Made by a program: the position numbers and the translations under genes. The notes under the pieces are model-generated. The model saw only the letters and a list, made by a program, of their open reading frames with translations, did not search any database and was not told where the DNA came from. Positions 8,632 to 17,372 of a DNA stretch of 21,299 nucleotides are shown piece by piece (the first letter of the stretch is position 1; each line of letters opens with the position of its first letter). Location: contig CAVYAN010000050.1 of NCBI GenBank assembly GCA_963766075.1, positions 1 to 21,299 on the forward strand. The letters are read 5' to 3'. The stretch is from an uncultured cyanobacterium. GTDB taxonomy: Bacteria; Cyanobacteriota; Cyanobacteriia; Leptolyngbyales; Leptolyngbyaceae.

Positions 8632-8707
8632 CTTCGTCACTGACTACTCTTCGCCCCTGACTACTCTGGGTCGCTAACTATTTCTCGCCGCTAACTATTC
8701 TTCGCCA
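8632..8707. repeat. Degenerate 17-bp tandem repeat (~4.5 units) overlapping the PRT stop codon
   Basis: CTTCGTCACTGACTACT / CTTCGCCCCTGACTACT / CTGGGTCGCTAACTATT / TCTCGCCGCTAACTATT / CTTCGCCA. Confidence 0.85.
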
Positions 8708-9369
8708 CGGCTAGACTCCAGTAAACAGGCGATCGCCTCGGCCATTGTCAGTTGAGGAAATGCGCGATAAAAACGACTGACACTGTAAAAAGGTTTGGGC
8801 GTAGCCAGCACGATCACGCGATCGCCCAAGGTTTTCATTAGGGGCAGCACTTCCATCGGAGCCACCGGCACAGCAATCCATACCTGAGCGGGCTGCTGCT
8901 CCCGAATCGCAGCCACCGCAACGGCCATCGTCATCCCTGTGGCGATGCCATCGTCGATCACAATGGCAATTTTATTTCGGGGTGAAGGTTGCGGATACTG
9001 GGCCAAGAACTGGACGGATTGCGCCTGTGCCCGCTGCAAGGCCGAATTCAGCAGAGTTGGGTTGGGTTGGTTCCCGTCTTCTGCAGTGGCCCACAACTGG
9101 TGGCCATCCGCAGTGACTGCCCCCAGCGCAAATTCCGGATTATCGGGATGGGTAATCTTTTTGGCAACGATCACACCCAACCCACAGCCTAGGGCCTCGG
9201 CCACCGGCACCGCCACGGGCAGACCGCCCTTGGGCAAGGCGTATACGCTAAAGGCTTGATCTCCTGTTTTAAGTCTTAAAATTGCGGCTGCAAGCTGCTC
9301 ACCCGCCGCGCGCCGATTGGCAAACAGAGGCCCAGAGTCAGCATGGCGCAACCCAGATTGGGGTGGCAT
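8695..9369 (-). CDS. Type I phosphoribosyltransferase-family protein
   Basis: PRPP-binding motif IVIDDGIATGMT, plus F.NR..AG..LA, ALPKGGLPVA and AVPVAP. Start placed at ATG 9369 after AGGA (TTG 9381 possible). Confidence 0.9.
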   Translation of the reverse strand: MPPQSGLRHADSGPLFANRRAAGEQLAAAILRLKTGDQAFSVYALPKGGLPVAVPVAEALGCGLGVIVAKKITHPDNPEFALGAVTADGHQLWATAEDGNQPNPTLLNSALQRAQAQSVQFLAQYPQPSPRNKIAIVIDDGIATGMTMAVAVAAIREQQPAQVWIAVPVAPMEVLPLMKTLGDRVIVLATPKPFYSVSRFYRAFPQLTMAEAIACLLESSRGEE

Positions 9370-9508
9370 AGTCCTCAACAATCGCCCCGGCGATCCCCCA
9401 AATCATTTCACCTCCATCATCCTCCAATTTCCCAAAATTGGCAGCATGCCCCCAAATCTGCCGCCTTCCCGTAGAATTTAAGGAACTTTCTGAAACCGCG
9501 ATCGACCC

Positions 9509-10315
9509 ATGGCTAACGACGACCAAATCAGCTTGTTTGACTTTGCCGAAACCGAGGCGATCGCCGCTCCTACATCTTCTAGCGGCTCCAACCCCAATGC
9601 CCTGCTGTCCCCAAATCCTAATGCCGTCGGCCTAGCGGCCATCGATCCCAAGCTGATTCCCACCAGCGCCAAAATTCCGATCCCTGCTGGCACCTATGAC
9701 TCCATGGAGAGTATGCGATCGGACTGTGCCCAATGTCAGCGCTGTGGTCTGGGGGAAACCCGTACCCATCCCGTCGTTAGTCGAGGCAATCCCCAGGCCC
9801 AGATCATGATTATTGGGGAAGGTCCGGGAGAAAATGAGGATTTAACCGGCCAGCCCTTTGTGGGCAAGGCAGGGCAACTCCTGGATAAGATTTTAGCGTC
9901 CGTGAATTTGACGGAAGCTGATGTCTTTATTTGCAATATCGTCAAATGTCGCCCGCCGGGAAATCGCAAACCCACGGCCAAGGAAATGGAAGCCTGCCGC
10001 CCCTATTTGCTGGAGCAAATTCGCCTTGTTGATCCGCAGATGATTTTGCTGACGGGCGGGTCTGCGGTGGAAGGGCTTTTCGCTGAAAAAGGCGTAAAAA
10101 TCACCCAGATTCGGGGCCAGTGGCGGGAATGGGAAGGCCGCCACTGTCTGCCCATGTTCCACCCCTCCTATCTATTACGGAATCCTTCCAAGGCCCAGGG
10201 CAGCCCCAAATGGCTTATGTGGCAGGATATTCGGGATGTGCGATCGCGGTTGGATGCCTTGCAAGCCCAGCCCGCCCCATCCCTAGAGGAGTTGCCCTCA
10301 GAAACCAGGGATTAA
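9509..10315 (+). CDS. Uracil-DNA glycosylase, family 4 (4Fe-4S), with low-complexity N-terminal extension
   Basis: CQRC, motif A IIGEGPG, PFVGKAGQLL, NIVKCRPPGNRKP..EAC, motif B HPSYLLRN. Confidence 0.94.
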   Translation: MANDDQISLFDFAETEAIAAPTSSSGSNPNALLSPNPNAVGLAAIDPKLIPTSAKIPIPAGTYDSMESMRSDCAQCQRCGLGETRTHPVVSRGNPQAQIMIIGEGPGENEDLTGQPFVGKAGQLLDKILASVNLTEADVFICNIVKCRPPGNRKPTAKEMEACRPYLLEQIRLVDPQMILLTGGSAVEGLFAEKGVKITQIRGQWREWEGRHCLPMFHPSYLLRNPSKAQGSPKWLMWQDIRDVRSRLDALQAQPAPSLEELPSETRD

Positions 10316-10359
10316 AATCCCTACGGGCCATGCGATGCCCAATCTAAGCGACGTCCAAT

Positions 10360-11163
10360 CTAATGCGCTAGAGCGGCGGGTCCCCCGGGTTTTGGGAGGC
10401 TATACTCGAATAGCGGTATCACGGCTGCCGCGATGCGGGGATAATACGCTTGGGCAAACTGCCGAAATTCCCCCGAAGTCACCCCGCCCCCCCAGCAATG
10501 CAAAAAATGCACCGGCTCCTGTGCCGTCAGCAATGGGGCGGCATCAATCGGGGAGGTATTGTAGGTTTTGGGCAGCGGGGTCACGGACGTTTTCGTGGTT
10601 TGGAGTGCCCGCACCAGAGCCAGTTGATCGTGTCTTTGGAACGTCAACCATTCTTGGTACCACTGTTGGAAGAGGAACTGTGTGGTGGGTGTATTGCGCC
10701 ATAGGATGACACCGCTGTTCCACTGCACCGCATCGCCACCCAAACGTTGCAGGGTGTATTCCTTTTCCGGTGCAGAAACGTGGTCGCACAGACTTACTTG
10801 GGGCAGGCGATCCACGGCCATGGCCAGATCGCTATCGTCCAAATACTGCCACAGGTCGGCGATCGGGTGCAAAGGCAGGATATCCGCATCCAGAAACAGC
10901 GTTTCTGGGTAGGGGCTAAAGGCATGAAGGCGGGTTTTAATCTGGCGGGATGAGAATGTGCCTGGGCCAATATCATCCTCGGTTAGGAGCCGGGGGGTGA
11001 TGCCATAGTCCTCCAGGGGCAGATGGTGCAAGCAAGGCTGATCAGAAATCAGGGTTATGGGTAGGGTCGGTTCCTGTTGCCGGAGCACAAGGGCGCTGAT
11101 TAAGGCGGCTTCCAAATAAGCAACCTGAGTGGTTGCACAGTAAATTACACCGCGACGGGTCAT
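10360..11163 (-). CDS. GT-A fold glycosyltransferase (GT8-like / nucleotide-diphospho-sugar transferase), ~267 aa
   Basis: DxD motif TLFLDADILP, WNSGVILWR, DQLAL and C-terminal HFLH. Start placed at ATG 11163 (MTRRGVIYCAT). Confidence 0.82.
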   Translation of the reverse strand: MTRRGVIYCATTQVAYLEAALISALVLRQQEPTLPITLISDQPCLHHLPLEDYGITPRLLTEDDIGPGTFSSRQIKTRLHAFSPYPETLFLDADILPLHPIADLWQYLDDSDLAMAVDRLPQVSLCDHVSAPEKEYTLQRLGGDAVQWNSGVILWRNTPTTQFLFQQWYQEWLTFQRHDQLALVRALQTTKTSVTPLPKTYNTSPIDAAPLLTAQEPVHFLHCWGGGVTSGEFRQFAQAYYPRIAAAVIPLFEYSLPKPGGPAALAH

Positions 11164-11291
11164 AGGAAAAATAGCCTTGAATCGAACACGCCCATTATTC
11201 CAGCAATTTCCGCTTCTATCGCGTAATGTAGCTAACATAACTTTTTTGTCCAACCAGATCAGGATCGCCTACCGAATTTCCGTGCGCTGCG

Positions 11292-11326
11292 CGCCAACGG
11301 GTGCTCTACTCGCCAACGGGTGCTCT
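11292..11326. repeat. 16-bp direct repeat CGCCAACGGGTGCTCT x2 (19-bp period) in the divergent GT/PTPS intergenic region
   Basis: Units at 11292-11307 and 11311-11326. CGCTATTCT x2 follows at 11357-11374. Confidence 0.88.
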
Positions 11327-11430
11327 GTGCTCAAAAAATTGCCCTGCCCCAAAGGGCGCTATTCTCGCTATTCTAAGAGAGGCACGAAGTTTACGAAACT
11401 TAACGAGCCGGTTCCGCCACCCCATATCCT

Positions 11431-12303
11431 ATGAAATGCATCATCAACCGCCGCGCCCAATTTTCGGCTAGCCATCGCTATTGGCTACCGGAACTGAGCG
11501 AAGCTGAAAACATTGCCCGCTTTGGAGCCTGCACCCGCTTTCCGGGGCACGGGCATAACTACGTCCTGTTTGTGTCGATGGAGGGAGAACTGGATGCAAA
11601 TGGCATGGTGCTCAACCTTTCCGATGTCAAACAGGTGATCAAAAAAGAAGTGACCGGGCAACTGGACTTTTCTTATTTAAATGACGTGTGGGCTGATTTC
11701 CAGGAAACCTTGCCCACCACCGAAAATCTGGCGCGGGTAATTTGGCATCGTCTGGCCCCGCACCTGCCCCTTGTCCGCATCCAGCTTTTTGAACATCCCG
11801 AACTTTGGGCCGATTATACCGGAGACACTATGGAAGCCTATCTTACCCTCAGTACCCATTTCAGCGCCGCTCACCGACTGGCCCACCCTGATCTTAGCTT
11901 GGAAGAAAATTCGGCAATCTATGGCAAGTGCGCGCGGCCCAATGGGCATGGGCATAACTACCATGCTGAAATCACTATTAAAGGGGAAATCGATCCGCGT
12001 ACGGGCATGATTGCCGATTTGGTCGCATTCCAAAAAGCCGTGGACGAATGTGTCGTGGAGCCTATGGACCACAGTTTCCTGAACAAAGACATTCCCTACT
12101 TTGAGCGGGTGGTGCCCACGGCGGAAAACATTGCCGTCTATATGCGCGATCGCTTACAGCAACCGATTCGGGACATTGGCGCACAACTCCACAGGATTAA
12201 ATTGATTGAAAGTCCGAATAATTCCTGTGAGGTTTATGGCACAGAGGCGATCTCCCCTCTGAATCCGCCTGCGGTCAAGCTGCCAGAATTGCTGAAGGTG
12301 TGA
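11431..12303 (+). CDS. Tandem two-domain 6-pyruvoyl-tetrahydropterin synthase / QueD-family protein, 290 aa
   Basis: Two repeats of FSA(S/A)HR..C-x5-HGHNY..(T/A)EN(L/I)A: CTRFPGHGHNY and CARPNGHGHNY. Confidence 0.93.
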   Translation: MKCIINRRAQFSASHRYWLPELSEAENIARFGACTRFPGHGHNYVLFVSMEGELDANGMVLNLSDVKQVIKKEVTGQLDFSYLNDVWADFQETLPTTENLARVIWHRLAPHLPLVRIQLFEHPELWADYTGDTMEAYLTLSTHFSAAHRLAHPDLSLEENSAIYGKCARPNGHGHNYHAEITIKGEIDPRTGMIADLVAFQKAVDECVVEPMDHSFLNKDIPYFERVVPTAENIAVYMRDRLQQPIRDIGAQLHRIKLIESPNNSCEVYGTEAISPLNPPAVKLPELLKV

Positions 12304-12331
12304 CAATTTTAGAGGGGTATTTAGAGGGGTA

Positions 12332-12368
12332 GATTTTGGATTTTGGAGCCGATCCAAAATCCAAAATC
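12332..12368. terminator. 16-bp perfect inverted repeat built from (TCCAAAA)n heptamers between convergent genes; probable bidirectional terminator or STRR-like element
   Basis: GATTTTGGATTTTGGA-GCCGA-TCCAAAATCCAAAATC, preceded by TTTAGAGGGGTA x2 (12308-12331). Confidence 0.65.
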
Positions 12369-12405
12369 CCCAGAATCACAGTGCCTAGCGCGATCCAAAA
12401 TCGAA

Positions 12406-14220
12406 CTAGGCTTCCAGCATCTGCAACTGATACAACCGGGCATATAAGCCACCTTGGTCAAGGAGCTGATCGTGACTGCCCGACTCGATCAATTGTCCTC
12501 GTTTGAGGACCAGGATGCGATCGCAGTTCCGAATTGTGCTTAAACGGTGGGCAATGATAATTGCCGTGCGGTTTTCCAGCAGTTGTTCCAGGGCGGTTTG
12601 AATCAGCGCCTCTGTGCCCACATCAAGGCTGGCAGTGGCCTCATCCAACACCAAAATGCTGGGGTTGCGAATGGCGGCTCGGGCAAAGGCCAAGAGTTGC
12701 TTCTGCCCCCCGGAAAGATTAGTGCCCCGTTCTCGCAGGGGGGTGTTGTAGCCCTGGGGCAGTTGCTCAATCAGCGCAGCTACATTGGTTTGCGCGGCAG
12801 CCCGCTGGATGGCTGCCATTGAGTAGGTTTCGCCCAGGGTGATGTTGCTTTTCACATCGCCTGCAAAAATGAAGCCATCTTGCAGAATCACGGCCATGTG
12901 CCGCCGCAGCTCCGTTTGGGGGACATCGCGAATGTCGATGCCATCCACCAGGATGCGGCCTTTCGTGGGTTCATAGAGGCGACTCAGCAGGCGAATAATA
13001 GAGCTTTTGCCTGCCCCGGTCGGACCGACGAGGGCAATTTTTTCACCGGGATGAATCGTAAAGCTGAGGTCTTGGATCACATATTCATCCGCTTTGTAGG
13101 CAAACCAGACCTGCTCGAAGCGAATCTCCCCGGCGGTGGCACTGGTGCTAAAGGTTTTGGGATGTTCTGGATCGCGGATTTCAATCGGCTCGTTGAGAAT
13201 GTCGTTAACGCGCTCAATCGCCGTCAACCCTGCCTGAATTGCCGTAAATTTCTCAGCAAATTGCCGCAGTGGGTCAAACAGCCGTTGGGCAAACAGAATA
13301 AAAGCGGATAATTGGCCCAAGGTGAGCGAATGGCCCAGGATCAAAAGACTGCCTAACCAGAGGACACCAGCGATCGCCACTAAGGACACCCATTCCAACG
13401 TCGCCGAAATGGCCGAATCATGAAAAATTGTGGCATCGACTTCCTGGATATAGCGCTGGTTCACCGTGCGGAACATTTCTGCATTTAGCCGCTCCCGGCG
13501 AAAGAGTTGGACCACGCCAATCCCGACAATATTTTCTTGCAGCATGGCATTGAGGCTGGACAGTTCTTCTCGCGCCTTGTAATTGGCCAGTCGAAACTGC
13601 TGCTGGAAGTAGATAATCAGCAGCGTTACCGGAATCAACATGACGGTTAGCAACAGCGCCAACTGCCATTGCAGAAAAAACATCGTGACTGCCAGGACTA
13701 CTACGGACAGAAAATCCCCCAGAATGCCGATCGCCCCAGTGCTGAATACCTCTCCCAACGCTTCTACATCGCTGGTTAAACGGGTAATCAGTTTACCGAC
13801 GGGCGTCCGGTCAAAAAAGCGGATGGCGAGAGAGGTGACATGGGCGAATAGATCGTCCCGAATTTCGGTGGTGATCATCTGTCCCACTTTTTGGACGAGA
13901 TAGCCCTGCCACGCATCCAGAAAAAACCGGGCCACCAGGGTCAGCAGCAGCAGCACCGACAGGACCGCTACCCCGTGGTTTAACGGTTGATTGCGGAGCC
14001 ATGCCCAGGCCGTCGGCTCCTGACGAATTAACGACACGGCTTCCCCAATCAAGATGGGCTGCACCGCTCCACCAATGGCGGAGGGAATTAGCAGCAGCAT
14101 CGATAGCAGCAGCAGTGGTCCATGACGTTTGCCATAGGGGACTAAACGCTGAAATAAGCGCCAGTCCGTTTCTTTTTGGGGCGATTTGCGCGATGAGGCG
14201 GTAGTTGAAGCACCAGTCAT
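12406..14220 (-). CDS. ABC exporter, fused permease/ATP-binding (MsbA/MdlB-like), 604 aa
   Basis: N-terminal TM domain, Walker A GPTGAGKS, signature LSGGQKQ, Walker B ILVLDEATA, IAHRLST. Confidence 0.95.
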   Translation of the reverse strand: MTGASTTASSRKSPQKETDWRLFQRLVPYGKRHGPLLLLSMLLLIPSAIGGAVQPILIGEAVSLIRQEPTAWAWLRNQPLNHGVAVLSVLLLLTLVARFFLDAWQGYLVQKVGQMITTEIRDDLFAHVTSLAIRFFDRTPVGKLITRLTSDVEALGEVFSTGAIGILGDFLSVVVLAVTMFFLQWQLALLLTVMLIPVTLLIIYFQQQFRLANYKAREELSSLNAMLQENIVGIGVVQLFRRERLNAEMFRTVNQRYIQEVDATIFHDSAISATLEWVSLVAIAGVLWLGSLLILGHSLTLGQLSAFILFAQRLFDPLRQFAEKFTAIQAGLTAIERVNDILNEPIEIRDPEHPKTFSTSATAGEIRFEQVWFAYKADEYVIQDLSFTIHPGEKIALVGPTGAGKSSIIRLLSRLYEPTKGRILVDGIDIRDVPQTELRRHMAVILQDGFIFAGDVKSNITLGETYSMAAIQRAAAQTNVAALIEQLPQGYNTPLRERGTNLSGGQKQLLAFARAAIRNPSILVLDEATASLDVGTEALIQTALEQLLENRTAIIIAHRLSTIRNCDRILVLKRGQLIESGSHDQLLDQGGLYARLYQLQMLEA

Positions 14221-14308
14221 GCAAGCATCCGGTTGTAAAAATCCTGCCCTCCAACTGTAGCGGAGATATTGATCCGGTTTCTAGCCTGCCTGCCCGTGCG
14301 ATCGTCAA

Positions 14309-14341
14309 AGATCTTCGACTTTTCTAAAAAGTCGAAGATCT
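14309..14341. repeat. 15-bp perfect palindrome (REP-like; possible terminator of the Rieske-oxoamine synthase unit)
   Basis: AGATCTTCGACTTTT-CTA-AAAAGTCGAAGATCT, 11 bp beyond the stop at 14353. Confidence 0.75.
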
Positions 14342-14352
14342 GGAGGAAGATT

Positions 14353-15633
14353 CTACGCACTAATCGTCGCTGGCTTATCCATCAAATCACGGACCTTGAC
14401 CATAGCTGAGACAAGGCGATCCATTTCTTCTTGGGTATGCAGGGCATTGACGGTAATCCGAATTCGGGGTTTGGCAATAAACCAAATCGGCGATACCCAG
14501 ACCCCATAATCCATCATTTGACGAGCAAAGATCTTGGGGTTCAGCTCCGGTGGCAGTAGTACCGGCACGACATTGGTTTCGCCCATGGTCATAAAGTCAT
14601 TGGCTTCTAGGCTAGACCGCAAGTAGCGGGTGTTGGCCTGCAAGCGCTGCACCAGCTCGGGCTTTTCGACGACAGTACGGATGCTTTGTAAAGCAGCGGC
14701 CGTTAACGGCGGCGCTAAGGAGCAGGTGCCAATAGAAGTCGGGGACACGTTTAACAAGGGCTTGAGTTCCGCGACATGGGTGCTAATGGCAGCTCCCACT
14801 GAGGCCCCAAACTTGGAAAAGGTGGTCATAATCAGGGGAATGACGCCGCGATTGATCGCATCTTGGGGCGTCAAGCCAAAGTGCTCGTAAATACCACGAC
14901 CAGTGGCTCCCAAGGCCCCACTGGCATGGGCTTCGTCCATGACAAGGGTACTGCCGGGATAGTGGGAGAGAATGTCGATCATTTGCGGTAAGGGCGCAAT
15001 GTCGCCATCCATGGAAAAAACGGCATCGGACACCACGAGGATGCGATCGTCCGGACGGGCATAGCGTTGAAGCTTGCGAGCAAAGTCGTCCATATCACAG
15101 TGACGATAGGCCCGAACCCGGACGCGGGGGCTATGCCCAAACAGCTTTCCAGAGCGGGTACCCGCATTGGCGATCGCCGTTACGATGCACCCGTGATTCA
15201 GCACGTCCGTCATGATCAATGTTTCACGGGTATTCTGAAAATCCGGCACCGGAATGGCCAAATGGCAGAAGGCATCCATCAGCGCCTGCATGGCCATCCA
15301 CGCATTCAAGAACAACTGGGTATGGGGCAAATGCTTGAAATCTGAAACGGCGTCTTCCAACTGCCGATGGAGATCCATCCGACCACTCAATACCGAGGTG
15401 GAACTGTTGGAGGTGCCATAGTGCAGAATGGCATCAATCGCCGCCTGCTTGACAGCATCATCTTGTGTTAGGCCCAGCACATCATTGGAGCAAAACGTGA
15501 GGGCGACTTGGCGCTTACCCGTTTCGGGAGCTTCAACCTCGACGAGATTGCCCTGCTTCTTCAAACAGATGTACTCGTCAGGATCTAGCCCGCTTTCGTA
15601 CCAACGCTGGACGTATTCCTTAACAACTTGCAC
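14353..15633 (-). CDS. PLP-dependent alpha-oxoamine synthase family protein (aminotransferase class II; BioF/KBL/SPT fold), divergent, 426 aa
   Basis: FCSNDVLGL, LNHGCI, SDAVFSMDGDIAPL, DEAHASG, Schiff-base Lys in TTFSKF, RIRITV..LHT. GTG start with RBS GAGGAG. Confidence 0.9.
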   Translation of the reverse strand: MQVVKEYVQRWYESGLDPDEYICLKKQGNLVEVEAPETGKRQVALTFCSNDVLGLTQDDAVKQAAIDAILHYGTSNSSTSVLSGRMDLHRQLEDAVSDFKHLPHTQLFLNAWMAMQALMDAFCHLAIPVPDFQNTRETLIMTDVLNHGCIVTAIANAGTRSGKLFGHSPRVRVRAYRHCDMDDFARKLQRYARPDDRILVVSDAVFSMDGDIAPLPQMIDILSHYPGSTLVMDEAHASGALGATGRGIYEHFGLTPQDAINRGVIPLIMTTFSKFGASVGAAISTHVAELKPLLNVSPTSIGTCSLAPPLTAAALQSIRTVVEKPELVQRLQANTRYLRSSLEANDFMTMGETNVVPVLLPPELNPKIFARQMMDYGVWVSPIWFIAKPRIRITVNALHTQEEMDRLVSAMVKVRDLMDKPATISA

Positions 15634-15774
15634 GGTAAACTCCTCTCACCTTTATGATTGACAGCCAAATCGCCTCTTGTTGAACAGTATATTTCCCGTC
15701 AAGGTGTTGGCTATCCAGCCCGACAGAATTGCACATCAAAGCAGGTGCCCAAGACGTCGCCGAATACCCACAAC

Positions 15775-15798
15775 ACTGAATACGCGACTGAATACGCG
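15775..15798. repeat. 12-bp tandem duplication ACTGAATACGCG x2
   Basis: Intergenic between the Rieske and oxoamine synthase genes; units at 15775 and 15787. Confidence 0.85.
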
Positions 15799-15849
15799 CG
15801 GGACACAACACGCTCGATCATTCTGAAGAATACAGGCATACAGTTCACT

Positions 15850-17031
15850 TTAGTCAGGGGAGGGCCCGCCGTAAGCGGATTCTGTGGGCTGTAGTCCGTC
15901 TGGGGTCCGGGATGTAGCCCGATAGACGACGGTGCTCGCTGGTTTGTGCCCATCCAGGGGGGCTGTACTGGAGGGAGATTGACTCGATCGCTGCTGGAAC
16001 AATTCGTATTGCCGGACGATTAAGCGCTGAACTGCAATAATAGCAGGGTTGATTTCGACATAGCGCTGTTTGGGATCCTGTAAATAATTCTGCTGTTCAC
16101 TCTCCATCATGGCAATATCCTGCTCCAGAAAGCGACAGAGCACGAACCGTTTCAGCAGCGATCGCAGCACAGGCTTGAGCGGCTCCAGAATCCACTGCGG
16201 CAGGCGTACCCGAAAAAAGAACAGGGCAAAGGAGCGGCTTTCCTGCGGTCCAACCGGCAGGCGCATTAAGTACAACGTTGAAACCCCTTCCAAGGTGCTG
16301 AAATAGTTGGGATAGCGATATTGCACAGTCACAGGCAGAGTGGTGACAGCATCTGCTCGCTCTGCCAGTCCCAGAAATTTGGCAATATGGCCTTTATAGG
16401 ACACCTGATACCGGGCTGTGACGGAATCTTCGGTTTCCTGCAATTTCAGCAAGAGCGGATCGAACCACCCCTGCAAGTTCTCGTGCAAAAATCCGTGGAA
16501 CACATCCATCGAATTTTCATTACATATTGAGAAATGGGCTTTAAAATAAGCGCCCAACGGAATATCTAGCCACCCCGGTTCGCCATATTCCGGCACGACG
16601 GGTAAGGACTGCTGTGCCGCCAAGTGCGGATCGCCGGGGAATACCCAAATTAAGCCGTATTTTTCTCGCACCGGATAGACCTGCACCTGGGCGCAGGGCA
16701 ACTTCTGCTCCTTAGGGAAATACGGAATGCTGACGCATTGGCCAGCCCCGTCAAATTCCCAGCCATGGTAGGGGCAAGCCAGGTGGTGGCCCATCACTTT
16801 ACCGTGATGCAGGGCCACACCTTTGTGTGCACAGACATTGCGCAGGGCCTGTAGGCTACCGCTCTGATCGCGGTAAATTGCTATATCCTGCTGCCAAACA
16901 ATGACTTGCATGACCTGCCCCGATTGCAGCTGATTGGCCCAGCCAACGGCATACCAATAATCTGGATTGATGCCTGTTTCGCGTATCCCGACCCGGACGG
17001 CCTGACGGGTCAGAGTCGTCGCCAGTTCCAT
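15850..17031 (-). CDS. Rieske non-heme iron oxygenase alpha subunit (VanA/PaO/KshA-like), ~393 aa
   Basis: Rieske CAH..CPYHGWEF, mononuclear iron site ENSMDVFHGFLH and distal EQD. ATG 17031 follows a GGAG RBS. Confidence 0.92.
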   Translation of the reverse strand: MELATTLTRQAVRVGIRETGINPDYWYAVGWANQLQSGQVMQVIVWQQDIAIYRDQSGSLQALRNVCAHKGVALHHGKVMGHHLACPYHGWEFDGAGQCVSIPYFPKEQKLPCAQVQVYPVREKYGLIWVFPGDPHLAAQQSLPVVPEYGEPGWLDIPLGAYFKAHFSICNENSMDVFHGFLHENLQGWFDPLLLKLQETEDSVTARYQVSYKGHIAKFLGLAERADAVTTLPVTVQYRYPNYFSTLEGVSTLYLMRLPVGPQESRSFALFFFRVRLPQWILEPLKPVLRSLLKRFVLCRFLEQDIAMMESEQQNYLQDPKQRYVEINPAIIAVQRLIVRQYELFQQRSSQSPSSTAPLDGHKPASTVVYRATSRTPDGLQPTESAYGGPSPD

Positions 17032-17149
17032 ACTTATCTCCCCTCTCAACACCCAACCGCAGACAAGTCAACATCCTATCAAATCATCTGCCAGAGCGGA
17101 TCACACTCCCCTGGGAAACTGGGACGACCAGCTCAAATGCTTGGAGCAA

Positions 17150-17158
17150 ATCATAGCA
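17150..17158 (-). promoter_or_regulatory. Candidate extended -10 element (TGcTATGAT) for the Rieske gene
   Basis: Consensus match about 120 bp upstream of ATG 17031 in the divergent intergenic region. Confidence 0.35.
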
Positions 17159-17372
17159 CTTAAACTTCGGTTACAAAAGTCACGGCTGAACAGAGGAATG
17201 CTGTATTCAAGAGGAAACGGCGTAGGATGATTTGAAGCATTGACCAATTATTATGTCATTGCAATGAATTCTCAAGTTTCTGCCCCACCATCTTCTGGAG
17301 GTCGTCCTGAGCGTATTTTCTCGCCCCTTATTTCCTCACTCTTTATTTTCTCGACCTGGGTTTTATCGACAA

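Noticed and set aside
11228..11241. NtcA-like GTA-N8-AAC upstream of the glycosyltransferase
   Set aside because: Imperfect match that is expected by chance, with no supporting promoter geometry identified.
11431..12303. Calling the gene queD
   Set aside because: Both active-site motifs are C-x5-HGH, not the QueD C-x3-HGH.
14353..15633. Calling the gene bioF or spt
   Set aside because: Several family motifs are altered, and no other biotin or ceramide-synthesis genes are in view, so substrate cannot be assigned.
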